DNA of 64,000 nucleotides from a virus (Duplodnaviria > Caudoviricetes), in the IMG/VR virus record IMGVR_UViG_2882178878_000003, positions 1-64,000 of that record; one strand, given 5' to 3'. Positions 54,815 to 64,000 of the stretch are shown here, one piece after another (position 1 is the stretch's first letter; each line of letters opens with the position of its first letter). The translations under genes were made by a program, and so were the position numbers. The notes under the pieces were generated by a model, which ran no database searches, was not told where the DNA came from, and saw only the letters and a program-made list of their open reading frames with translations.

Positions 54815-57412
54815 ATGTACGCACCGCGCCCATACGGACTGTTTGTAGATGGTGGCGAACTCACTGAGCGAGATAAAACCTTTATCTCGCATCAGATGCG
54901 CAAGCTCACCAATACCATTCAGACTGAGGAAGTAACCAGTTACCGCCACGAGTACGAGTTGCCCGATGGCGGTTACGTTATTGTTCAGGATATGGGCGGC
55001 ATTTTTAAGGCCATTGCCCGCAAAAAAGAGAAGTTTGAGAGTTTTGAGCCTGATGGGTTTGCAAGGTTGTACGTGCCAATGCTGTTTAGTGGCGTGATAA
55101 CTAATGCCAGGCCGCGAAAGCCAGATCAGGAGAAGTATGGGCAGGGCGTTGGCTTTAAAATCACTGAGCAATGCCGCAACAGATTAAGAAACTACAATCC
55201 AAAAATCGAAAGACCAGCAAAACAATTAGAGTTGCAGCGATTTATCATTAAGCCAAACCAGATCACGGTGCCTGAGTTTGAGCCAAAAGATGATAATAGC
55301 AATTTCATCACTACGCAATACGTGCAGCAGCGACCTACATGGTATAGCGGCGCAATGGTTGAGGTGATGCAGATTGTTGGTGGGTATGGCAGGCAAGATT
55401 TTAATGAGCTACCCAATAATGATATAGAGCGCGTGCGGTTTTTAATTCCAGATAAATATATCGTTGATATAGCCGACAAACTAAAAGGCTATCGCTTGCC
55501 TGCTTACACGGGTATCCCGCCGATTGACGGCAAGTATCAGTATGACTATAAATTTAATAGCACCAATAGTATTAGCTTTGATTCAAGTGGTAAGCCGTGG
55601 TTGTTACGCATTAGACCAACAGGCATTTATGCCATGCCGCTACCCATTGTACCAGCGACCACAACGCCTGAGTTCAAGCAGTACGTGGAAGAAATTGGCG
55701 ATGATGAATTGCTTAAGATACTAGAGCGATTTGGTGGTATGCCAAGTGGTGAAGGCATGCCAGTAGGGAATGATTTTGAAGCATGGCGCAGAGCTGGTGT
55801 AATTATTAAAGTATGTGATACTTCTGATTTTTATAGTGGCATTGCGTATACCAGTGCTTGTGGATGGAGCTTCAACCTAAATGGTAGTGAGGGTTTTAAT
55901 ACATGCTACACATTTGATAATGACGGCATTATTGTGGGTAATGCTTACGCAGCAAAACTGGAGCTTGCAGCCGCAGCCAACCATGGCTGGTTAAAAACAG
56001 AGTGGGTATTTAAGAATCAAACAGAAACAACAATAGTAAATAATTATCTGCAATCCTTATTTGGCCTAATGGATGTGCCAAGACAAAGGGAACTTGCTAT
56101 ACGGTATAAGATTGGCAGGCAGAATACAGAGCAGATACTAAATCGCGCATTAGCAAATCCCACAATGGACAGAAAAGAGATTTTATACTGGGATAATCTG
56201 GAGTTAGAGCCTATTGCTGCGCACAAAGGCTCAGTTAAAAAAGTAAGTAGTGGGTTTTTATACCATCACGGCAATCCAAAATTTCACCCACAAATTAAGT
56301 TCCCATCGGTTGAGGCATCAGCCTGTATATCTTTTGATTTTTCCCCGCAAGGGCTTTACTTGTCCTCAAGTTACATCATTAGATGCGATACTATTATGTA
56401 CGGATATTATGCGGGAAATACACTTAAGGTTGTAAAATACTTCCTCGATACAAGATGGCACTATGCCGAGGTTGATAGCAATTTCGAGGAGATGATGACG
56501 GTTGGGCAGTGGCAGGAGGTGCGGCAGTCAGGACAATCGTCATTGTGGGGGAATTTTTATACAACTGATTTAGACTTTAGGGATTCGTTTGCCCCAACCA
56601 TCACAACAACAACAATTAAAGGCGAAGATAAGGGGTTCGATAGCAAGCCAAGATTTGCACAGGATTTTATTTTTTTCAGAGCGGGGACGGTATTTAGATA
56701 TAGGTACTACACACATCAAACCAGCATAACCAAAACAGAAGGAAGGAACCTATCAATAACGGCATGTATTCCATATATGATGCGTGACGCATTGATACTA
56801 GGTGAGGCAAGAGGTACATCGGGAACAGAAAAAACAGAAGGTATCGCCTTGCGTGCTATGCGCGACCCAACATCATACCGCTATTGGACAAATGATTTTC
56901 TTTTTGCTTTTATAGGAGGTTTGGAGAAAATGACTGGATTGCCAACGCCAAAAAATGGCGATCCTGTTTGGGTTGAAATTGAGAATTATGAGCCATCTGA
57001 ATATTCTGATTTTGCAGACCAAGGATCGTGGTTGCCTGATCTTCCTTATGATATTACGTGGCTAATTCACCCCGTAAGGAATGAATGGCTTGGCGGTGGT
57101 GGTGCCCCAAAAATACAGGAATACTCACATACAACAAAGACTGATGGTGAAAAATATGGTTCTCTCTACTTTAGTGTGAGCGAAAACCCATACAAGATAA
57201 ACTCCAAGCCTCCCGATAATGCGTATTTTCTATCGTCACCCTCGCAGTACGGCGACCTGTTTTATCGGGATGGCTGTAGGGTTGGTTTTGGTGACTCTGA
57301 GTATGTCAATATTTCAGAATCGGGAAATAATAACTTGCGCAAGTCATGGGGCTATAGCGCATTAGTGGACCATAAATCAGCGCATCATTTTATTGGGGTA
57401 ATCAATGAGTAG
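54815..57412 (+). CDS. Large virion protein
   Basis: 865-aa ORF coupled to both neighbours. Confidence 0.7.
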   Translation: MYAPRPYGLFVDGGELTERDKTFISHQMRKLTNTIQTEEVTSYRHEYELPDGGYVIVQDMGGIFKAIARKKEKFESFEPDGFARLYVPMLFSGVITNARPRKPDQEKYGQGVGFKITEQCRNRLRNYNPKIERPAKQLELQRFIIKPNQITVPEFEPKDDNSNFITTQYVQQRPTWYSGAMVEVMQIVGGYGRQDFNELPNNDIERVRFLIPDKYIVDIADKLKGYRLPAYTGIPPIDGKYQYDYKFNSTNSISFDSSGKPWLLRIRPTGIYAMPLPIVPATTTPEFKQYVEEIGDDELLKILERFGGMPSGEGMPVGNDFEAWRRAGVIIKVCDTSDFYSGIAYTSACGWSFNLNGSEGFNTCYTFDNDGIIVGNAYAAKLELAAAANHGWLKTEWVFKNQTETTIVNNYLQSLFGLMDVPRQRELAIRYKIGRQNTEQILNRALANPTMDRKEILYWDNLELEPIAAHKGSVKKVSSGFLYHHGNPKFHPQIKFPSVEASACISFDFSPQGLYLSSSYIIRCDTIMYGYYAGNTLKVVKYFLDTRWHYAEVDSNFEEMMTVGQWQEVRQSGQSSLWGNFYTTDLDFRDSFAPTITTTTIKGEDKGFDSKPRFAQDFIFFRAGTVFRYRYYTHQTSITKTEGRNLSITACIPYMMRDALILGEARGTSGTEKTEGIALRAMRDPTSYRYWTNDFLFAFIGGLEKMTGLPTPKNGDPVWVEIENYEPSEYSDFADQGSWLPDLPYDITWLIHPVRNEWLGGGGAPKIQEYSHTTKTDGEKYGSLYFSVSENPYKINSKPPDNAYFLSSPSQYGDLFYRDGCRVGFGDSEYVNISESGNNNLRKSWGYSALVDHKSAHHFIGVINE

Positions 57413-59090
57413 TTATCGGGACGATACCCAAGAAACAGCAACAGCCAGCGATGATACTTATGGTCGCATGCGAACCATTGCAGAAGAAGTCGTAACAGCC
57501 ACCACCGCGCTACTGTTTGGTTTAACGGTGCTTACTACTGATACTGCTATTGCATCAGATAGCGTGACCGATAGCCGCTATCAGCTTATCCATGAATCCG
57601 CGCAGATCAGCGATAGCCTACTTGGTGGCAATAGTACACAAGCAACAATCAATGAATCAGCGCGTATTCGTGATACAGCCATTGCCAAACTACATGCGCG
57701 AACTGATGTGGTTGAGCAGGCGGCGGCTAGTGATATTGTCTTTGATAAGCAGATTCTATTTATATCTGATGCCGCCACGATTAGTGATAGCGTAGTTGCA
57801 AATAATCGCACTACAAATAATATTGTAGAAAAAATTAAGCTAAAAGATAGTTTATTTGGCTTTGCTAGAAAGCTAACCAGCATCACTGATACCGCAGCAG
57901 TTAGCGACTATCTAAGTGGTCGCATCACGATCACATCACAAGATAACGCTACTGCGGCTGATTTTACAAGCAGCATTAATCACGCATCAGTATTAATCAG
58001 GGAATCAGCAAAAGCAGCAGATGTAGTAATTGGCGGCACGCATAAAAGAACATTGGTGGAAGACAGCTTATCTATCAGTGATACTACTACCTATGCACTA
58101 ACCACACTAACAAATGAAAGTGTGGCTATATCAGACTACCAAACTTCAAAATTAAGCGCATCGGTATTAATCAAGGAATCCGCAAAAGCAGTAGATAGTA
58201 CGACTGGCACCATACACAAAGTATCGAACATTGATGAATCTTTTACGATTGGTGAAACCTTAACGCATCGCTTGCGTGGGCTAATAATTGATACTGCCGT
58301 TGCATCGGACGCATGGACTAACCAACGGACTAGCACTGTACTCATTACTGAGCAAGCGCGTATTCGTGACCGCCTTGTCGGTGTAGCCAGTGAATTAATC
58401 CAAGACAGCTTAAGCATTAGTGATGGCACCACAGGCAAACTACGCGCCACAACTAAAATTATTGATAGCCTTGTCATTAGTGACTTACTACAACAACAAG
58501 TCACATACAGGCAGACATTAAGCGACAGCCTGGTTATTAGCGATACCGTTACAGACCATCTATTTGCTAAGACCTTATTCAGTGATTTGTTATTCATTGA
58601 AGATAGCGTGATTGATAATGCTGCCACTGGTTTTGCATGGACAGCCAATAGTGATACCTGGGCAATGAGCCGCTACCAGGATTATCAGTATGACCAAATT
58701 AGTGTGATTAATGGTGTCCTGTATGGCGTTAACGATAAAGGGGTTTATCGCATCGATAGTCAAAAGCCTGTAGCTGGGCATATCAAAACTGGCAAGCTGG
58801 ATCTAGGGCAGGGCAATTTAACCCATCCATTGGCAGCTTACCTTGAATACGAATTTTCTGGGGAAAGTAAATCCATGCAGATTGGAGTTACTACCACACA
58901 AACCGGAAGCAGGCAGACTTTTTATTACCCCCTATCCGTTAAGTCAAATGGTGAGACTGTCAATGGCCGAGTGCTATTTGGGCGCGGCTTGCGCGGACGG
59001 CACTTTGCTTTTGAAGTGAACATGACTGCGGCCTATTGCTATATAAATGATTTAAGTATTGAGCTGGCGGCCAGCAAGCGGAGAGTATGA
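57405..59090 (+). CDS. Repeat-rich virion protein (fibre/shaft-like)
   Basis: Many degenerate I.ESA...D units; distinct C-terminal domain. Confidence 0.7.
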   Translation: MSSYRDDTQETATASDDTYGRMRTIAEEVVTATTALLFGLTVLTTDTAIASDSVTDSRYQLIHESAQISDSLLGGNSTQATINESARIRDTAIAKLHARTDVVEQAAASDIVFDKQILFISDAATISDSVVANNRTTNNIVEKIKLKDSLFGFARKLTSITDTAAVSDYLSGRITITSQDNATAADFTSSINHASVLIRESAKAADVVIGGTHKRTLVEDSLSISDTTTYALTTLTNESVAISDYQTSKLSASVLIKESAKAVDSTTGTIHKVSNIDESFTIGETLTHRLRGLIIDTAVASDAWTNQRTSTVLITEQARIRDRLVGVASELIQDSLSISDGTTGKLRATTKIIDSLVISDLLQQQVTYRQTLSDSLVISDTVTDHLFAKTLFSDLLFIEDSVIDNAATGFAWTANSDTWAMSRYQDYQYDQISVINGVLYGVNDKGVYRIDSQKPVAGHIKTGKLDLGQGNLTHPLAAYLEYEFSGESKSMQIGVTTTQTGSRQTFYYPLSVKSNGETVNGRVLFGRGLRGRHFAFEVNMTAAYCYINDLSIELAASKRRV

Positions 59091-62000
59091 ACATGACATT
59101 GTTTATTCCAAACATGAAAGCCATGGATGAGTCGATTGATCAAGTTAACGACAAAATGAAATATTTTGAGGGGAAGGCAAATAGCTTTTCGGCCGCCCTT
59201 GCCAAAGAACTAAGTAATATTTCAAATATCCAGTTTGATGAGATTGGCGATGCACCTTCGCTCACTCCAAATAATGGCCTTGATTCCCTGAGTCCAGTGG
59301 TTCTCCCGGAGCTTTCTGCGCCCGACATTGCACCCCCTGTGCTTGACCGACAGGATGTGGTTGCATTATCAACACCCGCGCCGCTTGATATTGCGCCACT
59401 AAATCTAACTATTGAGCAGCCCGTATTGCCCAATCTGGATAATACATTTAATCCGGTAAGTTACACGCCGATTGATGACATTAATCGGATTCAGGCACCT
59501 GAAATAATTGGCGACATCAAAGCTCCAGTAATGGAGTTGCCAGACTTAAAATCCCCACAAGCACCCGCTCTTGTCAATAAGCCAACTATTAATCTAGATA
59601 TCGCTGCACCCGTATTGCCCAATCTGGATAATGCATTTAATCCTGTTGGCTACACAGCCATTAGTGATATCGCTGGCCTGGAAGCGCCAAGAATTGACAC
59701 GGAAATTAAGGGAAGTCATCTAGAGTTGCCGGAATTCAAGACGACACAAGCACCTGCACCACTACAAAGACCAAATGTTAATCTGGATATTGATATCCCA
59801 GTGTTACCTGATCTTCCTAGTCAATTTGCAGAAGTAGCTGAGGATTTTAGCTATGATGCACCATCCATTGAATTTGACACTATTCCTGCCCCACTTAATG
59901 ACGATGTGAATTTTACCAGTAAGTTGCCCACACTGGATATTTCAAATTTGATGGGTGCACTGGATTTTACCCTGCCTGACATGCCGGACGTGCCAGTTGG
60001 TTTTGATATTGCGATGCCAGCTGTGCCAGATATTAATACAGGATCTGCGCCTTTAGCTCCGGCCATTGATACAACCATTAATCTGCCCAGCGCACCTGAA
60101 CTCAACCTACCTGAAATGGAGGCACTTGAGGCAATTGAGTTACCCTCTTTTGAGTTTGAGGGAGTGCCTGAGTTTGATGAGGAAGCACCTGTCTTTGAGA
60201 TTGATGCATCTGTATTTAGTGATATTGACCAGGCGCTGACTGATGCGGTTGAGGTACTATCCAAAGACTACTTTGAGCACAATAAAGATTCAGTCATTAG
60301 TCCGTTGATGACTGAGATTAAAAATTGGCTTGAAGGTGGTCACCCGGGAACAGGATTGCCTGCATCTGTGGAATCCGCATTATTCAACCGGGCTGTTGAC
60401 CGCGAAAGCCAGCAAACCAGACGTGCAGTAAGTGAAGCTGTTAATGAGTGGGCAGCACGTGGTTTCTCTATGCCGCAGGGAATGTTGCAAAAGCAGATTA
60501 GCGCTATCCGTGATGACGCCAGATTAAAATCGGCTGACTTAAACCGTGAAATTATGGTGCAGTCGTTTGACAAGCAGCTTGAACATATTCGCTTCTTAAC
60601 CACCCAAGGTATGGCGCTGGAAAAAATGCGTATTGATTTGTGGACTGCCTACACAGCCAACATGATGCAAGTGGTGCAGCTTCAAGTAGAAAGCAAGATA
60701 AATATGTTAAATGCACAAATCAGTTTATTCAATGCTCAAGCCAGTGCATTTGAAACACTGGTGACGATATATAAAACCAAAATCGAAGGAGCAATTGCCA
60801 AAATTACAGCGTATAAAGCGCAGGTTGATGCACAAATGGCAATTGGGCAAATCAACCAGCAAAAAATAGAGATATTCAAAGGCAAAATCGAAGTGGTATT
60901 GGCCAATGTGGACGTTTACAAAGCTTTGATCCAGGGTGAAAGCGCTCGGTCTGATGCGATTAGGAATCAGATTGATGTTTATAAAACTGAAGTATCTGCA
61001 TATGCCGAGGAGATGTCCGCCCAAAAGGCCAGAATTGATATTTTTAATGCTCAGGTCAATGCAGAAACTGCCAGAGTGGGCATGTTTGAATCAATATCAA
61101 GAAACTATGCCACAACTATCCAGGGAATTGGTGTGCAAGCTGATGTCAAGAATAAGCAGCAGGGGCTAATTATGGAGGAGGCGCGGCTAAAATTACAGGA
61201 ATTTAGCGCACTCATGGATCTTGAAAAGTCGGAAATATCAACCCGACTGGCGATTGCCCAGAACAATACCAATAATTTTGTCAGGCAGGTCGAGTGGGTT
61301 AAGGCGGTTAGCGATCAAAAGTCAAGGAAGGCCGATCTTGAAATGAAGTCACTGGATGCCAAGCAGCGTACAGTCATTGCCAATGCTGATTTACGCGGCA
61401 AGTACGCGGATATCAATTCTAGAATTATTCTTGCCAATGCAGACATGCAGGGCAAGTACATGGATATTAAGTCGCGTTCTGCAATGGCCAAGCTTGATAG
61501 TGAAATGAAGTACGTCGATATCCAGTCACGTATTGATCTGAGTAACGCTGAAATTGAGGCGAAATATGCAGGCATGGATGTACAGGTCAAGACAGCCAAG
61601 CTGGATGCAGACAGTAAAGCACTGGATGCACAAATCAGGGTGGCTACGGCTAATGCTGATTTACAATCTCGTCACTTGGATAATCTGACTAAAGTTGGGA
61701 TTGCCAATGCCGATGCAAACATCAAAGTCAGTATGGCCAACGCAGAAATGCAGGGTAAATATGCAGATATCAATTCCAGAATGGTGATTTCAGGGGCAGA
61801 GTTGCAGGGCAGGTTTGCCGAGATTCAATCAAGAGTAGCAATGGCCAAGCTTGATAGTGAAATGAAGTACGTCGATATCCAGTCACGTATTGATCTGAGT
61901 AACGCCGAGATTGCAGCCAAGTATGCCGATATGGATATCAAGGCTAAAACTGCCAAGCTGGATGCTGATGGCAAGGTATTGGAGGCCAATGTACGCATTG

Positions 62001-62701
62001 CAACTGCCAATGCTGATGTGCAGGCACGCCATCTGGACAATATCACCAAGGTAGGCATTGCTAATGCCGATGCAGCAGTGAAGGTTGGGGTTGCCAATAC
62101 TGAGTTGCAGGGCAAATACGCTGATATTAATGCAAAAATGGCAATGGCTAATATGGACGCACAAAGCCGGTTTGCTGACACCCAATTACGTGCTGCCACA
62201 GCACAACTTGATGCTGATGTTAAATATGCCGATATGGTTAGTCGCGCCAATATTAGTAACGTAGAGGTATCGGCACGGGTGGCAGAAGCCAATTCACGGA
62301 TTAGTATTGCCCATACTGATGTGCAGGCTCGTTTTGCTGACATGAAAGCACGTACGAATATTGCTCAGGCTGATACACAGGCCCGGTATGCCGATATGAC
62401 GACTCGTACCGCTATTGCCAATGCAGATATGCAGGCACGTCATAGCGAGGCTAACGCACGTATTAATATTGCCAATGCCGAGATGGCGCTTAAGCAGTGG
62501 GATATCAAGTCACAGCGTTCATTCCAGAAAACCCAGTTGGCTATTGAAGCAGCCAAGGCCATGGGGCAGTATACGGCACAGCTTGCCGCAGGTGCTATGT
62601 CTGCTATGCATGTATCAGCCAGCATTAGTAGTAGTGCCTCACAATCACAAAGCTTAAGCAGCAGCTCATCCGAAAGCGAAAGCCATAACTATAATTACTA
62701 A
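59087..62701 (+). CDS. Large virion protein with Pro/Asp-rich repeats and 18-residue helical repeats
   Basis: 1204 aa; internal DNA duplications at 59420/59609 and 61481/61838. Confidence 0.75.
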   Translation: MNMTLFIPNMKAMDESIDQVNDKMKYFEGKANSFSAALAKELSNISNIQFDEIGDAPSLTPNNGLDSLSPVVLPELSAPDIAPPVLDRQDVVALSTPAPLDIAPLNLTIEQPVLPNLDNTFNPVSYTPIDDINRIQAPEIIGDIKAPVMELPDLKSPQAPALVNKPTINLDIAAPVLPNLDNAFNPVGYTAISDIAGLEAPRIDTEIKGSHLELPEFKTTQAPAPLQRPNVNLDIDIPVLPDLPSQFAEVAEDFSYDAPSIEFDTIPAPLNDDVNFTSKLPTLDISNLMGALDFTLPDMPDVPVGFDIAMPAVPDINTGSAPLAPAIDTTINLPSAPELNLPEMEALEAIELPSFEFEGVPEFDEEAPVFEIDASVFSDIDQALTDAVEVLSKDYFEHNKDSVISPLMTEIKNWLEGGHPGTGLPASVESALFNRAVDRESQQTRRAVSEAVNEWAARGFSMPQGMLQKQISAIRDDARLKSADLNREIMVQSFDKQLEHIRFLTTQGMALEKMRIDLWTAYTANMMQVVQLQVESKINMLNAQISLFNAQASAFETLVTIYKTKIEGAIAKITAYKAQVDAQMAIGQINQQKIEIFKGKIEVVLANVDVYKALIQGESARSDAIRNQIDVYKTEVSAYAEEMSAQKARIDIFNAQVNAETARVGMFESISRNYATTIQGIGVQADVKNKQQGLIMEEARLKLQEFSALMDLEKSEISTRLAIAQNNTNNFVRQVEWVKAVSDQKSRKADLEMKSLDAKQRTVIANADLRGKYADINSRIILANADMQGKYMDIKSRSAMAKLDSEMKYVDIQSRIDLSNAEIEAKYAGMDVQVKTAKLDADSKALDAQIRVATANADLQSRHLDNLTKVGIANADANIKVSMANAEMQGKYADINSRMVISGAELQGRFAEIQSRVAMAKLDSEMKYVDIQSRIDLSNAEIAAKYADMDIKAKTAKLDADGKVLEANVRIATANADVQARHLDNITKVGIANADAAVKVGVANTELQGKYADINAKMAMANMDAQSRFADTQLRAATAQLDADVKYADMVSRANISNVEVSARVAEANSRISIAHTDVQARFADMKARTNIAQADTQARYADMTTRTAIANADMQARHSEANARINIANAEMALKQWDIKSQRSFQKTQLAIEAAKAMGQYTAQLAAGAMSAMHVSASISSSASQSQSLSSSSSESESHNYNY

Positions 62702-62743
62702 CCCCTGTAAGGCTGGTCACGGATCAGCCTTCTGCGCAAGCAT
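62702..62743 (+). promoter_or_regulatory. Putative late promoter, motif copy 7
   Basis: CCCCTGTAAGG-N25-AAGCAT. Confidence 0.55.
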
Positions 62744-62776
62744 ACGGCATTGTAATTATCAACAGAGTCGTATGCC

Positions 62777-64000
62777 ATGCGTGGATTTCAGCCTAAAAAC
62801 AAGCGCAATCAGGAAGCGGAGCAACCACAACCCGGGCTGGGTATGATCCGTGGTAAAGGTACGGGTACTTCCGATAGTATTAAAGCGCAGGTACCAACAG
62901 GCAGCTATATTATGCCTGCCGATTCCACGGAACAGATTGGTGGTGAGAATCTGGCAGGCCTCGGATTTAAGCCACGTAATGTGCCGGTCAATGTCAGTAA
63001 TGGTGAGTTTGGCCTATCGCCTGAGCAGGTACATGCGGTAGGTGTGCAGGCACTGGATCAAATGAAAGATGCCACGCACACGCCAGTTGCTAAAGGGTTC
63101 AGCCCACAACGGGAAGATGCGTTATTTTTTGCTGATGGTGGGTTGGTTGATCCGAATGACCCAAGATATAAGCAACAAATGACGTTGCGAAATAATCAGC
63201 AAATGACGTTGCGAAATAATCAGCAAATGGCGTTGCGAAATAATCAGCAAATGGCGACACGACAAGCACTCGCAACAACCAACCCTGTCCAGCCAAATAC
63301 CATGCGAACTGTGACACCACTTCCCAATCCGCCAACCCCCAGCTTACCGCCACCTCAGGCGCAAGTAGCGGCACAAACTGCAACCCAAGGTTCAAATGCG
63401 GCCACAGCAAGTGGTGGATTTGGAACCAGAACACTAGGACGCATTGCAAGTGGTGCAAAAGGCCTAGGCGCCTTTCATTTAGCAGCATCCGGACTGGGTG
63501 GGGCGATTGCAGGCTTTGATACCCCAACTTCACAATATGCTGAGCGTATGGGGCTAGATCCCAATAAAGACTATGGCACAGCGGCAGAGCTTGGAATCCG
63601 GGCTGCAGGCGTGATGTCAGATGTGGGCAATGCAGCATCTTTTGGCATATTGGGACGCAGGTTCCCTGATAAACAGCGCATTGAAGCCCAGAATGAAGGC
63701 TTGGCACAGCAACAACGCTATGCTGCATGGAACGCCGCCAAAACCAATGCAGGTGGATCAGATAAAACCACTTCAAATCCTTTTGATCAGCCAGCTACAG
63801 GGCAGCCAGCAACCCAGTCCGTTCAAGCGCCTACTGGTACACCACAGGCGCGCGACAATAATGTCACGAAAGTGGGTAATAGCTATTCTGGCAATAATAT
63901 TAGCAATGGCTTTACGGTGAATGGCCAGGTATTTGATCCTGCTAAGGGTAGTTTAAATCCACAAGCCAACAGTCCGCAAAATCAGCAGGCCGTAAAAAAC
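62777..64000 (+). CDS. N-terminal part of a probable internal virion/ejection protein (truncated by window end)
   Basis: Hand translation from ATG 62777 is open for 408 codons to the end (MRGFQPKNKR...GKGTGTSDSI...FADGGLV); absent from the ORF track because it has no stop. Confidence 0.75.
   Translation, partial: MRGFQPKNKRNQEAEQPQPGLGMIRGKGTGTSDSIKAQVPTGSYIMPADSTEQIGGENLAGLGFKPRNVPVNVSNGEFGLSPEQVHAVGVQALDQMKDATHTPVAKGFSPQREDALFFADGGLVDPNDPRYKQQMTLRNNQQMTLRNNQQMALRNNQQMATRQALATTNPVQPNTMRTVTPLPNPPTPSLPPPQAQVAAQTATQGSNAATASGGFGTRTLGRIASGAKGLGAFHLAASGLGGAIAGFDTPTSQYAERMGLDPNKDYGTAAELGIRAAGVMSDVGNAASFGILGRRFPDKQRIEAQNEGLAQQQRYAAWNAAKTNAGGSDKTTSNPFDQPATGQPATQSVQAPTGTPQARDNNVTKVGNSYSGNNISNGFTVNGQVFDPAKGSLNPQANSPQNQQAVKN
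63176..63256 (+). repeat. 24-bp tandem repeat, three full copies plus a partial one, in frame
   Basis: CAAATG(A/G)CGTTGCGAAATAATCAG encoding QM(T/A)LRNNQ. Confidence 0.95.

Larger units (their letters stand above)
21951..64000. mobile_element. Prophage 2: lambdoid-regulated podovirus-like, left portion
   Basis: int-alpA, recombination, cI/cro, replication, terminase, portal, capsid; no sheath, tube or tape measure seen within the window. Confidence 0.92.

Noticed and set aside
740-62657. Numerous 60-170 aa ORFs antisense or out of frame inside long phage genes
   Set aside because: Fully overlapped by well-supported genes and lacking motifs or RBS; treated as shadow ORFs.
34564-62712. CCCCTGTAGGG copies as CRISPR or REP repeats
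   Set aside because: Only 11 bp, irregularly spaced over 28 kb, single orientation, always upstream of genes; fits a promoter element.
63099-63920. ORF-track calls 63099-63776 (-) and 63621-63920 (+)
   Set aside because: Shadows of the longer + frame open from 62777 to the window end.

Overview
The window holds two unrelated temperate prophages in tandem, joined at a 3' fragment of tRNA-His (21951-21979) that looks like a shared att junction. The host is probably a gammaproteobacterium; a Moraxellaceae-like assignment is inference from gene style only. Bases 1-~21950 are the right part of a P2/phiCTX-like contractile-tail prophage: tail fibre, sheath, tube, E/E' chaperone with a -1 frameshift, tape measure, gpU, gpD, ogr, an AT-rich cargo block, a C4-type antisense/Rha antirepressor locus, repressor, TOPRIM primase-helicase and integrase. 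Bases ~21980-64000 are the left ~42 kb of a lambdoid-regulated, podovirus-like prophage: P4-type integrase, AlpA, RecT/exonuclease pair, cI/cro, DUF1376 initiator plus DnaC, terminase, large portal, DUF4043-type capsid and virion proteins; it runs off the window end. The best candidates for undescribed biology are: (i) a nucleotidyltransferase + partner operon directly behind cI, in the lambda rexAB position; (ii) an acr-aca-like leftward operon with a palindrome-overlapped promoter and a very acidic 88-aa protein; (iii) a three-gene PD-(D/E)xK operon and a solo PIN-like gene in the P2 cargo block, which is punctuated by a 40-bp repeated promoter-like element; (iv) a CCCCTGTA(A/G)GG motif found seven times, each at a fixed distance from a -10-like hexamer, which may define the late regulon of prophage 2; and (v) a cluster of candidate counter-defence genes between portal and scaffold. 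Family names come from motif recognition, not database searches. No CRISPR array, reverse transcriptase, transposase, rRNA or intact tRNA was seen.
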